Made by a program: the position numbers and the translations under genes | Source of the DNA: Heteronotia binoei | Lineage: Eukaryota | Direction of reading: 5' to 3' | Assembly (NCBI RefSeq): GCF_032191835.1 | Contig: NC_083240.1 | Coordinates: 46,066,001 to 46,130,000 of the forward strand | DNA: 64,000 bases | Shown: positions 23,281 to 36,940 of the stretch, piece after piece | How positions within the stretch are numbered: position 1 is the first letter of the stretch | Layout of the letters: the number at the start of each line of letters is the position of its first letter | Notes under the pieces: generated by a model | What the model saw: the letters and a program-made list of their open reading frames with translations, nothing else | What the model was told of the DNA's origin: nothing | The model's database searches: none

Positions 23281-25578
23281 CAATTTTATTTATATCCTGC
23301 TCTCCCCGCCAAAGCAGGCTCAGGGCGGCTAACAACACAAGTCAATACATACATTGTACAGTATTTAACAGTACTAATTTAAGAGTTTAATTAAAATTCT
23401 AAAATAATAAAATTAATATAAATATGTTGGTGCTATTATACAGATGGTAAGTTTGCTTAGCAGTCTCTCTCTTTAGTCAGTGAAGGCCATTCGGAAGAGG
23501 ATGGTCTTGCAGGCCCTGTGGAACTGTTCAAAGTCCCGCAGGGCCCGCATTTCTTCTGGAAGCTGGTTCCATAGCTGTGGAGCCATAACAGAGAAGGCCC
23601 GAGTATGGGTACTCTGTAGTTTAACCTCTTTTGGCCCGGGAATAGTCAGCAGGTTCTTCCCTGCTGATCTCAGTGTTCTCTGGGGTTCATACAGGGAGAG
23701 ACGGTCCTTAAGGTAGGCAGGACCTCGGCCATATAGGGCTTTAAAGGTAATAACCAGCACTTTGTAATGAATCCGGTACATAACTGGCAGCCAGTGCAGT
23801 TCTCGCAGCCCCGGCTGTATGTGCTCCCACTTTGGGAGCCCCAACAACAGTCTGGCAGCCGCGTTCTGCACCAGCTGCAGCTTCCGAGTTCGGCACAGAG
23901 GCAGCCCCATGTAGACGGCATTACAGTAATCCAGTCTCGAGGTGACCGTTGCATGGATCACTGTTGCCAGGTCCCGGTGCTCTAGGAAGGGAGCCAACTG
24001 CCTTGCCCACCTCAGATGAAAAAAGGCTGACTTGGCAGTGGCTGCTATCTGGGCCTCCATTGATAATGAAGGCTCCAGCAGGACTCCCAGGCTCCTGACT
24101 CGGCACGCTGCTTTCAATGGCTCCCCGCCAAAGACCGGGAGAAACATTTCCCCTCCCAGAGCGCCCCGACCCAAGCAAAGGACCTCTGTCTTCGCTGGAT
24201 TCAGTTTCAGCCCGCTCAGCCTTAACCAAGTTGCCACGGCCTGCAGTGCCAGGTCCAAATTCACTGGGGCGCAGGCAGGCCAGCCACCCATTAGCAGATA
24301 GAGCTGGGTATCATCTGCATACTAATGACACCCAAGCCCATACCTCCTGGCAATCTGGGCAGGGGACGCATATAGATATTAAATAGCATCGGTGAGAGGA
24401 CTGCTCCCTGAGACACTCCACAATGTAGTGTGCGCCTCTGAGAGAGCTCACCCCCGATTGCCACCCTTTGTCCCCGATCCTTGAGGAAGGAGGAGAGCCA
24501 TTGTAGGGCCGACCCCCTAACCCCAACATCGGCGAGGCGGCGGGTCAGTAGCCAATGGTCGACCGTATCGAACGCAGCCGACAGGTCTAACAGCATCATC
24601 ACTGCCACACCACCTCGGTCCAGATGCCGCTGGAGGTCATCCGCCAAGGCGACCAGGACTGTCTCCGTCCCATGACCCGGGCGAAAGCCGGACTGGCAAG
24701 GGTCTAGGATGGAAGCGTCATCCAGGAACCCCTGCAACTGCAATGCCACTTCCCTCTCTATAATTTTACCTAAAAATGGTAAATTCGAGACCAGTCGGTA
24801 GTTTGCCAATTCGGCAGGGTCTGCTGTACTTTTTTTTAAGAGGGGATGGACCAAGGCCTCTTTTAAGGGCGTGGAAAATGCCCCTCCAGGAGGGATCTAT
24901 TTATGATGTCCTGTAAAGGACATCTGAGCTCCCTCAGGCAAGATTTAATTAGCCAAGAGGGGCATGGGTCCAGATCACAAGTTGTTGGGCGCGCAGAGTA
25001 GAGAATTCCGTCGACTTCCTCCAGGCTGAGCGGGTCGAAGTGATCCAGGACTAAACCAGAAGACAGGCACGGAGCCTCCAGTTCATGTACTGTATCCAGT
25101 GTGATGGGCAGGTCCTGGCGGAGCCACGTGATTTTGTCTGCAAAAAAATTCGCAAAAGCCTCACAGCCTATTTCTAATTATCTAACATTTGGTCTGCCCT
25201 GGGGCAGTGCAGTTAAATCTCCAATTATTTTAAACAATTGTGCCGGGCGCGAATTTGCAGACGCAATCCTGGCTGCAAAGTAATCTTTCTTCACAGCCTT
25301 GACTGCCATCTCATAAGACCTCATAAACGATCTATAGGATGTTCTCGTTACAAGTGCACCGCCACTGCCTCTCTAGTCATCTAAGTCCTTGTTTCAGCTG
25401 GCGTAACTCCAAGGTGTACCATGGAGCCAGCCTCAAACGAGGGCGTAGAGGACGTCGAGGTGCGATCTCGTTGATTGCCCCGGACAGCCGATCTTGCCAG
25501 GCATCAATCAGGGCATCAAGGGAATCGCCAGGGATCCCAAAGAGCCGTCTGGAACTGTTCCGGGTCCATCAGGTTCCT
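23232..25578 (-). mobile_element. 5'-truncated L2 LINE inserted in Gypsy pol
   Basis: L2 RT motifs (DLSAAFDTVDH, QGAVLSPMLFNIY, SRLDYCN, LQLVQNAAARLL); (GAT)n tail; 6-bp TSD TTACTA at 23226-23231 and 25579-25584. Confidence 0.95.
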
Positions 25579-27637
25579 TTACTAAAAACAAAAGGGAAGG
25601 GGCCGGAAGCCCAAAAGCCCGGGGCCCAACTGCCGTGGACGCTTAGGTGCCAAGCGGCTTTTGACGAACTCAAGAGACTGTTTACTAGCGAACCAGTACT
25701 CGCCCACCCCGATGAACTAAAGCCCTTCGTGGTCCAATGTGACGCTTCTAATGTAGCCATCGGAGCCATATTAATGCAGAAAGACGAGGAGGGGAGGTTG
25801 AGACCTTGCGCGTATATCTCCCGAAAGTTCTCGCACGAGCAGCGCAACTGGTCAGTCTGGGACAAAGAGGTGTTCGCAGTAACGTACACCTTAAAGACTT
25901 GGAGGTCCTGGCTAGAAGGGGCAAGAGTACCATTTGAAATATGGACTGATCATAAAAACCTAGAAGCGCTCACTGGACAGAGGAAATTAACAGCTAAACA
26001 AATTCGGTGGGCTGGATTTTTCGCGAAATTCGACTTTATCCTCCGGCACATCCCCGGTTCAAAAAACTTCTTAGCAGATGCCCTTTCCCAATTGCCGCAG
26101 CATGAGAGCCAAAGAGAAGAGATCATAGACTCGATTATTCCCCCCTCTGCAATCGCGGGGGGAGTGACCACCCGTTCCGGGAAAAAAACGGGGCAGATGG
26201 AACCTTGGGGGGGTAATTGGCTAGTTGAAGAGACTGAAAAGGAGGGAGAGGGGAGGCCAGAAGGGATTGTGAAAGGGGAAGGAGGTTTCTGGTACTACGA
26301 GGGGAAACTGTATGTGCCCAAGACCCTCCGCTCTGAAGTACTGCAGCACTGCCAATGCAGCAAACTGGCGGGTCACTTTGGCTATGTAAAGACGTTACAC
26401 TTGGTTAATCACCAGTTCTGGTGGGCACAAATGAAGAAGGACATTTCTGAATTCGTGGGGTCATGTCCGGTTTGCATCATGGCCAAGCGGAGGGGGCGGG
26501 GAACTGCCAGGACTCCTTCAGCCCATTCCCACAGCCACCAGACCGTGGTTGGTGGTCTCAGTGGACTTCATAGTGGAGCTCCCAGCCTCACAGGGGAAAA
26601 CGGTGATTTTAGTGGTGGTAGACACTTTCTCAAAGCAGGCGCATTTCGTTCCTTGTAAGCAACTCCCCACTTCCAAGAAACTGGCTTACTTGTTTTTCCA
26701 ACATATTGTTAGCCTACACTCATTCCCAGACAAGGTCATTAGCGACTGCGGGCCGCAGTTCATTGCCAACTTCTGGTGGAAGTTTTGCAAAATGGCGGCC
26801 GTAGAACAGGGACTAAGATCCGCCTACCACCCCCAGAAGGACGGACAGACGGAACGTGTAAACAGTCTTCTCGAACAGCATTTAAGGTGCTATGTAAACT
26901 ACCAACAATCCAACTGGGTGGAGCTACTCCCTTTTGTAGAGTACGGGTACAATAACAGCTTGCACAGCTCCACCAAAGCCTCACCGTTTCAAATAGTGAA
27001 TGGCTATGAAGGAAAGCCTTTCCCGTTACTACCAAGTCCCGAGGGGACAGCGCCACCTACCTCTTGCCAGCAATGGTGGGAAGACATAAGAAAAGGCTGG
27101 GCAGCTATTCAGGAGAATTTGGAAATAGCCAAAAGAGACTACAAAACGTATTTTGATAAAAAACACTCCCCAGAGTGGGACTTCAAGGTGGGGGAGAGTG
27201 TGTTTCTATCTACACAGAATCTGCCCTTGCCACACACTTGTAAAAAACTGGCGTACAAATTCCTGGGACCGTTCAAAATTAAACGGGTGATAAATAAAGT
27301 GACTGTGGAATTGGAGCTGCCTAAAATGTTTAGTAAAATTCACCCTGTTTTCCATTGCAATCTTCTTCGGAAAGACCCCGGAATTACGTCATGGCACCCC
27401 CGCCCCCCAGAACCCACTCCTATTCAAGTGAAGGGTCAGAGTCACCATGAGGTGCAGGAGGTGCTGGACTCAAAAATAAAAAGGGGAGTACTGTACTATC
27501 TAGTCCGCTGGAAATACTTCCCTCCAAGCTGCGATGAGTGGGTCAAATCATCAGACCTCCGGGCTCCCTTTCTTCTAAAGAAGTTTTACCTACTGCACCC
27601 AGACAAACCCCGAGCAAGAGCTTAGGGGGGGGCAGTA

Positions 27638-28112
27638 TGTCAGACACTAGAAAGTTATCATGATAATATGATGCTGGATTTAAACTGTGGTGAACTGCTT
27701 AGCTTAACTGACTCCATTTTCTAGCATATGTTACTAACCTCAAGGAGAAACCTTGCAAATCAAAGTAGAAGTATAGTTGCTGCTAACACTGGTGTGAATT
27801 CCTGTCCCTGATACTAACAAAGGCAACATCCCTTTGAAGATAAAATGCCTCAGGGAAGGCCAGTTGGGCCATCCCAGTGAGAATGAGAACCACAAAGAGA
27901 TCAGAGAAAACAACCGTGTGAAATGTATCACTTCATTGTGGAAATGTAGATGTGTTTAGAAACCTTTGATGTACAACTCGTTAAAATATCTATGCTCTGA
28001 GGGAAAAGTATCAGTTCCAATCTTGCTGTGCTCAGAAGCTATGAACTATCAAATAAAGTCTTAACATTGTAACAAATGGAGTCTGCTTAATTTGAAGTTC
28101 CATTGTCTGACA
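27638..28112 (+). repeat. Gypsy 3' LTR
   Basis: TGTCAGACA...TGTCTGACA, preceded by a G-rich PPT (27624-27637). Confidence 0.95.
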
Positions 28113-30171
28113 TTCAGTCCCTCCGTTTGTTTGGAGGAAGATTCCAGCCCCTGGGCTGTTCTTTCATTTTCCTATTAGTCTGAACCAGGGCTTTTTTTTT
28201 TAGCAGGAATGCAGTTCCGGCTGGCTTGGTATCATGGGTGTGGCCTAATATGCAAATTAGTTCCTGCTGGCTTCTTCTACCAAAAAGCCCTGTGTGAAAC
28301 AATGGGGATTTTAGAGGGTGTGATTTTATATACAAATTAGTTCCTGCTGGCCTTTTTCTACCGGAAAAAAAAAGCCCTGGAAAAGTTGGTTGAAATACAG
28401 CAGATGGTTATATTCAGCAACGTGAGTAAATTGCCCCAGTGAGATCACAAAAGTGTGTGCTTGCTAATTGTGTTTATTTTGGCTGCTTTCTGAGAACGTG
28501 TGAGTGTATATTCACTTGCATTTAGTGTAAGTTTAGCCACTGGGGATGAGGAAATGAAGACTGTATTCAGAGGAACTGCAGTGCTCGATTTTTATTTATT
28601 AATTTTAGGGAATTGGAAAATCTCCTGGCTCCACCCCCAAAGTCCCCAGATCTTTTCTGAGTTGGACCTGGCAACCCTACCACCCACTTCATTTCAGCAC
28701 ACAGGATTCAGAGTAGGGCCTCTGGCGAAGCTGATACCTGTTTCACAGGCAAGAAACAAGTCTTGAACTACTGATAACACAGTGGCAACAAAAGAAAGGC
28801 TTTTCAGCCTGCAGGCAGAACTCTGTTTGAGTAAGTGGTTCTCAGCTCAGCCTTCGCCTGGATGTGATCTCTACTGCAGATATCACAGTAGGATTGTTTC
28901 TAAAAATTGTTCATGAGCTCATCAAGGCAAAACTGATTTATTTATTCGAAGCTGCCTGGCATCCTTCTTCTTCTTCCCACGTAAACTCCGAGGCGCTACT
29001 CAGCTCTTACTGAACACCCATATGCTGCCACTGTTGACAGTGTGTTGCCCAAAATTATTCTCTGAAAATAATACTGTAGTATTCAGGCAACGGCAGAGCT
29101 GTCGCACTGTAACAAAAGGAGCAAAACCTGATCTAAAGAGAGATGCAGCACTTGCAGAGCGGGGTGGAGGTGGTTTGAGGGCACTCTTTTGACACTTTTC
29201 TGTCCAGAGATTGGGAGAGTCAGTACATTTTCAGCATTAATAGGGTAACCAGCTCCAGGTTGGAAATTCCTGGAGATTTGGGGGTGAAGTTTGGGGGAGT
29301 CAGGGTTTGGGGAGAGGAGGAACTTCAGCAGGGTATAATGCCATAGAGTCTACCCTCCAAATCAGCCATTTTTCTCTAGGGGAGCTGATCTCTGTGACCT
29401 GGGGATCAGTTTTAATCCCAGGAGATCTCCCGACACCACCTGGTAGGTGGCAATTCTATCAGCAAAGTTCAGTTTAAACTTTGTGGTAGTGTGATAGGGA
29501 AATGACCTATATATGGTTTAATAAATACGACCCACAGGGCCCAAGTATTTAATTTCTGCCTATCAACTGCATATTGCAGATAGGGTGTGAAGAAATGCAT
29601 TTTCTCCAGGGAGGTTGGCAAGGAGCAAAGCCTCCACTTTGCATTTTAAAAGTTTTTAAAACTCTTTATCTGGGCAGAGAAATCATCTTCCCTCAACCCA
29701 TCTTCATACAATGCTAATAGAGCTAGAGAGAATGGGGTGGTTACGCTTCCCCCTTCTTGTGTGTGTGTGTATTCTCAGTCATGTAGATTTGAAGAACACT
29801 ATTAATCACATGTTTTTTTTTAAATTACATGGAAATTAACTATGTGCAGAATTTAAAATGCGCAGCAGCATCCTAAGCAGAGTTATAACTTCCAAGCTTG
29901 TTGCAAAGGGATTTAATTCCACTTCGGATATCATCGGTACTCAGTTAATGCCAGAATAAAGTCTGCCATTTCCAACTGATATGGACGATGATCTCAAGAA
30001 ATGGACATACACCAGCAAGAAGCCATCAAGTGTGGGGTAGCTAATGGGCCTGAGGAGATTTCACATTATTGCCTTGTGGTCCAGAGAATGAACCTCACAA
30101 CCTGAATCTCAGAACCCAAACTTGTATCCCAGTAGCCTTCTGTAAGCCATTGTTTCATAGTTTATGTTAGT

Positions 30172-30446
30172 GCCAGTTTGGTGTAGTGGTTAAGTGTGTG
30201 GACTCTTATCTGGGAGAACCGGGTTTGATTCCCCACTCCTTCATTTACAGCTGCTGGAATGGCCTTGAATCAGCCATAGCTATCACAGAAGTTGTCCTTG
30301 AAAGGGCAGCTTCTCGTGAGAGGTCTCTCTGCCCCACCCACCTCACAGGGTGTCTGTTGAGGGGGAAGAAGATAAAGGAGGTTGTAAGTCACTCTGAGTC
30401 TCTGATTCAGAGAGAAGGGTGGGGTATAAATCTGCAGTCTTCTTCT
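30172..30446 (+). mobile_element. tRNA-derived SINE
   Basis: A box TGTAGTGGTT, B box GGTTTGATTCC; same family at 34185-34420 and 61544-61814. Confidence 0.85.
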
Positions 30447-31259
30447 ACTACTGCACAAGATTGAGGTAGTGCTGTGGTTCCCAACCTTTCTGGTGTGATA
30501 AAAGAGAGAGAGCGGCACACGCAAATTAATAAAACAGTTTTTTAAAACCCCAAACCCACCAGTTACTATTTTCACTGGCTTCCCACCCAACCACAACCTG
30601 GAGCCACAGTATTTAGGAAACACTGGTTCAGTTGTTCTCAATAGTAATATGGATGGACTTTGTACCCTAAGAATTTTGACCTGTGGGTTTCTTCACAAGA
30701 GACACAGACAGGAAGCACACCCAGCCCTCCAACCTACGGGACAAGGAACACCCAATGAGGACAATACTCCCCCCCTCCTTCCTGGCAGTGGGGTTAATTC
30801 AGTTCAAAGAATCACCACCGCTCTGGCAAAATCACCCTGAGTGTGTTGTGGTTTGCTGAGGCAAACATATATGGGTTCTTTTCTGAAAAAGGGAGACAGA
30901 CAGATGCCTTGAATAATTTGGGTGTTGACAGAAAGGGGAGTACAGTTAATTTTCCAGTTGTCAAAATAAAGACAGTGAGTGTGTGTCGTTAATTAAACAA
31001 GCAGAGACCTGTAATGGAATGTTGGGAGCATTTTTAATTGTTCCACTCAGCATCTTTCAAGGGACATCTCCCCATTTTTGCTTCTTTAATTATTTGCTGC
31101 TGCTCCATATTTTTTTAGACCTGATTTTTTTACACTTGCACTCTGTTTTTATGGCTGGTGGTAGTTTTAATCAGCAGATTAGTTTCATTTTAATGCTGCT
31201 CATTTTAATTGTGGCGATATTATTTATTTAAAACATTTTCATGCTGCCTTTCTACCCAA

Positions 31260-32322
31260 CAACAATATACACAACTCAATCGTTATAGTGACAAATTACT
31301 ATGTAAAAAAGTGCATAGACAAAACACAACACTTAATTCATGAAATGTCTTCCACGAGGAGTCCCGAAGTGCAGGCTGTCGACTTTAAAAAGTCCTGCTT
31401 CGATTGACACCCTTCCAGCAAAGGGGGCTCCATAGATTTTCAAAACTTTAATACAAAATATGAAAATTACATCCTCTTATAAAAAGGAGTTGTGATCTCA
31501 GCTCCAATATGCTTATATCTAACCACAATGCTCACAAGACGTCCCCATTCAACGCCGCTCACTGGTGATCTTTCCAGTGCGTTGCTTACTGCTAAACTAT
31601 GATAATGAAACAATAATAAAGCAAGGCATAAGCCACTTCAACGGAGACATAAAATTTTACTCCCTTTTTTGCATGAGCATTGTGATATTATTGTATAAGG
31701 GTATGTGTGTAAGTATGTTAGTGACCTCTCCTATGTAAGAACAGGTATTGTTGATTACAGCTTTAAGAAGGTTTGGGTGATGGCAGCAGTTTGCCTTCAG
31801 CAGCCTTAGAGCATTATGCCAATTTGGAATCCTCCTGGAGAAGTTACATTCCCACCCTATCTTAAAAAACAGTAGGTATCATTCTGAGAAAGGGAGTAAA
31901 ATTTTATGTCTCCGTTGGCTTATGCCTTGTTTTATTATTGTTCCATTATCATAGTTTAGCAGTAAGCAACGCACTGGAAAGATCACCAGTGAGCGGCGTT
32001 GAATGGGGACGTCTTGTGAGCATTGTGGTTAGATGTAAGCGTATTGGAGCTGAGATCACAACACCTTTTCTATAAGAGGATGTAATTTTCATATTTTGTA
32101 TTATAGTTTTGAAAATCTATGGAGCCCCCTTTGCTGGAAGAGTGACAATCGAAGCAGGACTTTTTAAAGTCGACAGCCTGCACGTCGGGACTCCTTGTGG
32201 AAGACATTTCATGAATTATGTGTTGTGTTTTGTCTATGCACTTTATTACATAGTAATTTGTCACTATAACGATTGAGTTGTGTATATTGTTGTTCCTGTA
32301 GTGACTTCTCTCCTGTTGTTAC
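31260..32322. mobile_element. Foldback insertion with ~405-bp inverted arms and 14-bp TSD
   Basis: 31258-31666 is the reverse complement of ~31889-32294; GCCTTTCTACCCAA at 31246-31259 and 32323-32336. Confidence 0.88.
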
Positions 32323-32801
32323 GCCTTTCTACCCAAGGCAGTTAGCATGAAGCCATTTAAACATCTGAACGTATTGCTTTTCATTATTTTCTGGAAGCCT
32401 CATTAAAAGCCTCCTGGATGATAGCATGAGGTAAAAGAAACAGAAATAAATAAAAATAAAACAAAGCAGCTTGGAACTCATCTAACTCCACCGTTCACGA
32501 GCAGATATGCTGCAACTCCTGTTCAAACTATTAAGCTGAATGTCAGGGCTTAGAGTTAAAAGCTGATCTCAGTAGCCAGAATGGAAACATCATTGAGACT
32601 CAGTAGTTTTGTATGGAGACCAGCCTCACAGTTGATAACCTTTCTGGTCTCCAGATGAGATGCAAAACCAGTGCATCGCCTCATTCGTTATTCAGCTGCA
32701 AGTACTGCGGATGTATTTCCTTAATGTCTTGTCTCTATTCATGTGGAAATAAGGCAAAATACCTCCTGTGGGTGGCTACTAAACATGTAAATAGTATAAA
32801 G

Positions 32802-33043
32802 CAGGGGTGGCCAAACTGTGGCTCTCAAAGTTCCCACCAGCCTGTTGGCCAGCTTGGAGAAAGCATTTGTCTCTTAGTTACTTCTTCAAGCCAAGCCAGC
32901 TAGCGGCTTGGAGAATACATTTAAAGTTGTCCTTCCTTCCTTCATTCCTCTCTCAAAAGATCTGATGTTCATGTCTTGCAGCTCTCAAATATCTGATGTT
33001 TATTCAGTGAGGCTCTTATATTAAGCAAGTTCGGTCACCCCTG
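32802..33043. mobile_element. hAT MITE
   Basis: CAGGGGTGGCCAAACT...TCACCCCTG; perfect 8-bp TSD GTATAAAG. Confidence 0.9.
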
Positions 33044-33734
33044 GTATAAAGCAAAAGAAACAGTCAATGGGGACTGCTTCCAAATGGATTTCCTTTCTCT
33101 CCTTTTGTTCCCAAACTGGAGGTGGGAGAAAAAAAAGAAAACTCATCCTGGTTGGGGAATTACCAATCCCCAGCTCCTTTCCCTTCACTTCTTGACTTCC
33201 GTGGTGGTTTGTTTTTGAGGGGAGCTGATGCTGCTCTCAAGACAAGCATTACCTGTTGGATTCCTTTGTTTGTGCCCCCACACTCAATTTGTATGTTCGC
33301 AGGTCTCCTTTACTTTCTCCTCACAAGGAAGCTTCCAGTGCAAAGTGACCCTCAACATGTCATTTTCGTCTTCCTCACCTTCAAGTCATCCATATTCCAG
33401 TTACTAAAAGAGACTGTGTCATTCTTGAGGCAACAAATCACAGACTTAAGTGGGTTTTTAAGCACTTTCCTCGATGAAGAAGCAGCAATCTGGGAAGTCT
33501 GTGTTACACGGTCTGCTGCCCTCTAGAGTGTAATTTATGTGCAACTTAATTTCAACAGGACTGAATATTCAGCAGAACGACAGACTCTATATTATGCAGA
33601 GCACGAATATCCGGGAAACTTTTCTGCTCAGAGCTCAACTGCCTGGCCAGTCAAGAAAAGATTGCCGTTTTATTGAGATCTCAACACGGGCCGTTTCCAC
33701 AAACTCCATTTGCTCCTCGTAGAGAGATCCCGGT

Positions 33735-33930
33735 AGGCAGCCGTGTTGGTCTGAAACAATAGAACAAAGCAGTAGACAAGGGCACCTTTAAGACCAACTA
33801 AGTTTTATTCAGAAGGTAAGCTTTCGCATGTTCTTAAGCAGCTGAAGTCTACTTGAGAGCACACGAAAGCTTACATTCTGAATAAAACTTAGTTGGTCTT
33901 AAAGGTGAACTTGTCTACTGCTTTGTTCTT
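33735..33930. mobile_element. Penelope-like pseudo-LTR fragments in inverted arrangement
   Basis: GAACAAAGCAGTAGACAAG...AGCTTTCG mirrored by CGAAAGCT...CTACTGCTTTGTTC; same sequence family as 36825 and 54760. Confidence 0.65.
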
Positions 33931-35717
33931 CAACTTACTCCTGATCTTCTTGGCAGTAAATCTACAAGTACTGGAATCGGTTTAGGGAGGGTTCTTCTGC
34001 ACATCTGCCCTCCCCAAACCAATTCCAGTACTTGTAAGTCAGGAGTAAGTCAGTTTATTTTCTTCTGCGGTCTGCAGTCCCCAACCTTTTTGGCACAAGG
34101 GACCAGTTTTGTGGGAGACAATTTTTTCATGGACCGGGGGAGGGGGGGGATGGTTTCGGGATGATACAATTGTGCACTTTATTCTGGTGTGGTGGTGAAG
34201 TGTGCGGACTCTTATCTGGGGGAACCGGGTTTGATTCCCCACTCCTCCATTTGCAGCTGCTGGACTGGCCTTGGCTCAGCCATAGCTCTTGCAGAGCTGT
34301 CCTTGAAAGGGCAGCTGCTGTAAAAGCTCTCTCAGCCGCACCCACCTAACAGGGGGTCTGTTGTGGGGGAAGAAGATAAAGGAGTTTGTGATTTGGAGTG
34401 GAGGATATAAAGCCAATGTCTTATTGTTACTATTATTAAGGCAGGGCTTTTTTTGAGCAGGAACGCAGTTCTGGCTGGCTTGGTATCAGGGGTGTAGCCT
34501 AATATGTAAATGAGTCCCGGCTGGGCTTTTTCTACAAAAAAAGACCTGTGCAAAACAATGGTGATGTCAGGGGATGTGGCCTAATATGCAAATGAGTTCC
34601 TGCTGGGCTTTTCCTACAAAAAAGCCCTGATTATTATTATTATTGTAATATATAATGAAATAATTATACAACTCATGGCCCGGTTGCTAACAGGCCACGG
34701 ACCGGTACTGGTTGGGGACTCCTGCCTTAAGTAATCAGGATTTTAAGGGGGAGTGCTGTAGTGTTGCCAGCCTCTAGGTGGGGCCTGGAGATCTCCCGCT
34801 TTTACAACTAATCTCCAGCTGGCAGAGATCAGCTCCCCTGGAGAAAATGGCTGCTTGGAAGGGGGGACTCTGTGGCATTGGCCCATGCTGAGGCCCCTCC
34901 CCTCCCCAAGCCCCGCCCTCCCCTTGATCCACCCCCCTCCCAAAGTCTCCAGGTATTTTCGAACACAGACCTGGTGACCCTCGAGTGTTGTCATCATCAG
35001 TGGCATCGCAGCACCCCCCCTTTTATTTTTCCACATGCTTATATCAATATATTGATATTTTAATGGCTTAAAAAATGAAACCACAATGATGGCAGTCTAG
35101 TCATCAGAAAAGGGGCTGAAGGTGGGTGCAAAGAAATTATGCATGAGGGAAAAGGCAATTCAAAATTGGCCTCCAGAAAAAGACTGGGGTAAACATAATC
35201 TCAAAAGAAGCAGGAAGAAATGGGGGGGGGGGGGGAGATAGAAAGCTAAACAGAAAGCTAAGAGCACAAAAATATGCATGGAAATGAGGGGATAAACGGA
35301 AGAATTACAGGGCCAGAACAGAAGAGGGAGAAACCATGTGGAACAGCCCAAAGTTCAAAACTGGACTGCAGATATTTTCCTTGCCCTTGTTCTCGCACTA
35401 GTTCCTCCTGTTGTCCCTGCCCTCTGCTCACTATCTGCACAATCCACCTAAGAGAAAAAAAGAGATTACTGTGGGAAGGCTGGAAAGGGCAAGAGAAGGT
35501 AGCATCAAAGGAAGGAGTGAATTATTAACTGGGCGGGAAGGATGAAGGCCGGGCTGCTGTGGCCAGAGGGAGCAGCTGAGAAGGATGTCATGAGCAGGGG
35601 GCCAGGGCCCAGAAGCATGGCAAGGGGGGGGGAAGCAATTTGGGATGCAGCTGTCAGAGAGGGGATTTAAAAGAAAGAGTGGGAGCTTCAAGCCTGAATA
35701 CTAAAGGGGAGCAAACT

Positions 35718-35934
35718 GTGCTGCTGCTGCTGCTGCTGCTGCTGGTGGAAAGTGTGATCAAGCTGCAGCCAACTTACGGTGACCCCGTAGGCTGGGTTTT
35801 CAAGGCAAGAGACAAAACAGAGGCAGTTTGCCATTGCTGACCTCTGCGTGGTGACCCTGGACTTCCCTGCTGCAGGACTCACCTTGCTTAGCTTCTGAGA
35901 AGGTCTAGCTAGCCTGGGCCATCCAGGTCAAGAC
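35718..35934 (-). mobile_element. 5S rRNA-derived SINE fragment with (CAG)n tail
   Basis: Minus strand contains 5S-like CTCAGAAGCTAAGCAAGG; not an rRNA gene. Confidence 0.6.
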
Positions 35935-36137
35935 AAGGGAAGCTACACAGTCTATTTATCACATTATGATCCAACACTTCCTTCAAAGAGCGAAGGAAGC
36001 ATATATCCCTTTTATCCTCCCAACAGTCCTGTCAGGTAGGCTGAGAAAGAAGAGGGGTGAGTGTGTGTGCACACACCTGGAAGTCACAGCGACCTCTAAC
36101 ATTAGCCTTGGCATTCTCCCTTTGAACCTTGTCCCTT

Positions 36138-36359
36138 GGGAGGGACGGTGGCTCAGTGGTAGAGCATCTGCTTGGCAAGCAGGTGGTCCCAGGTTCAATC
36201 CCCGGCATCTCCAACTCAAAAGGGTCCAGGCAAGTAGGCGTGAAAAACCTCAGTTTGAGACCCTGGAGAGCCGCTGCCAGTCTGAGTAGACAAGATTGAC
36301 TTTGATGGACCGAGGAGGGTCTGATTCAGTAGAAGGCAGCTTCATATGTTCATATATGT
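36138..36359 (+). mobile_element. tRNA(Ala)-like SINE (Squam3-like)
   Basis: A box TGGCTCAGTGG, B box GGTTCAATCC, tail CATATGTTCATAT; 3' part also at ~53181-53290 on -. Confidence 0.8.
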
Positions 36360-36940
36360 CTGAAGGAGGATAGCAGAGGAGTATTGTCATTATAAAATTC
36401 CACATAACCAAGGAACAGAAGGGGAAGTACATTTGTTAAAAGTTTTAAATGTTACTTTAAAAAACAACAACTGAGCAGGCAGAAACTGGAGCAAACTGAG
36501 AAGTCCTCACAGCCACAGTGTCTGGGTCGCTGACTTCCTCTCTTCGTCTCCAGGACTCTGAGCCCCTCCGCAGAACACCAGACCACTCAGTCAGGCTTTC
36601 TGCTGTCTGGAGTCATCTTGCTAACTAGGCCAGTCCTCCTGCTGCTGCTGCTGCCCCCTGGTGTTCAAATTAATTATCTGGATTTCAGCTGCTGTGTTCT
36701 CTTGTCGCTTTGTGCTTCCCCCGCTTCCTCGGGTGGGTAGGAAGTTCCAGGAGATTCCTCTTTTTTTCTTGCTTGGTTGTCCTGGAAGTAGATAGTGTTG
36801 ACAGCTTACCGGTTTTTTGAATTCGAGTCCAGTGGCACCTTTAAGACCAAGTCCAATATAATCTCAAGGTATAAGCTTTCACGTCTGTGCACACTTCTTT
36901 AGATACACTGAAATGGAAGTTACCAGCCCATACATATAGG

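Larger units (their letters stand above)
21798..27625 (+). pseudogene. pol: Gypsy pol (PR-RT-RH-IN-chromodomain), interrupted by L2
   Basis: LLDSG protease; LDLRDAY, MPFGL, YLDD; CDAS, TDHKNL, ADALS; HHCC-type zinc finger; GPF; chromodomain HEVQEVLDSK...YYLVRWK...DEW. Confidence 0.95.
19696..28112 (+). mobile_element. Ty3/Gypsy chromovirus (Tf1/sushi group) LTR retrotransposon, decayed
   Basis: Paired 475-bp LTRs; TSD CTCAG/TTCAG; PPT before the 3' LTR; gag, PR, RT, RH, IN and chromodomain in order. Confidence 0.96.

Noticed and set aside
22857-23390. Poly-Ser tract in an RT ORF
   Set aside because: It is the antisense (GAT)n tail of the inserted L2.
35718-36359. 5S rRNA and tRNA genes
   Set aside because: Only partial Pol III heads followed by SINE bodies and tails; no complete 5S or cloverleaf.
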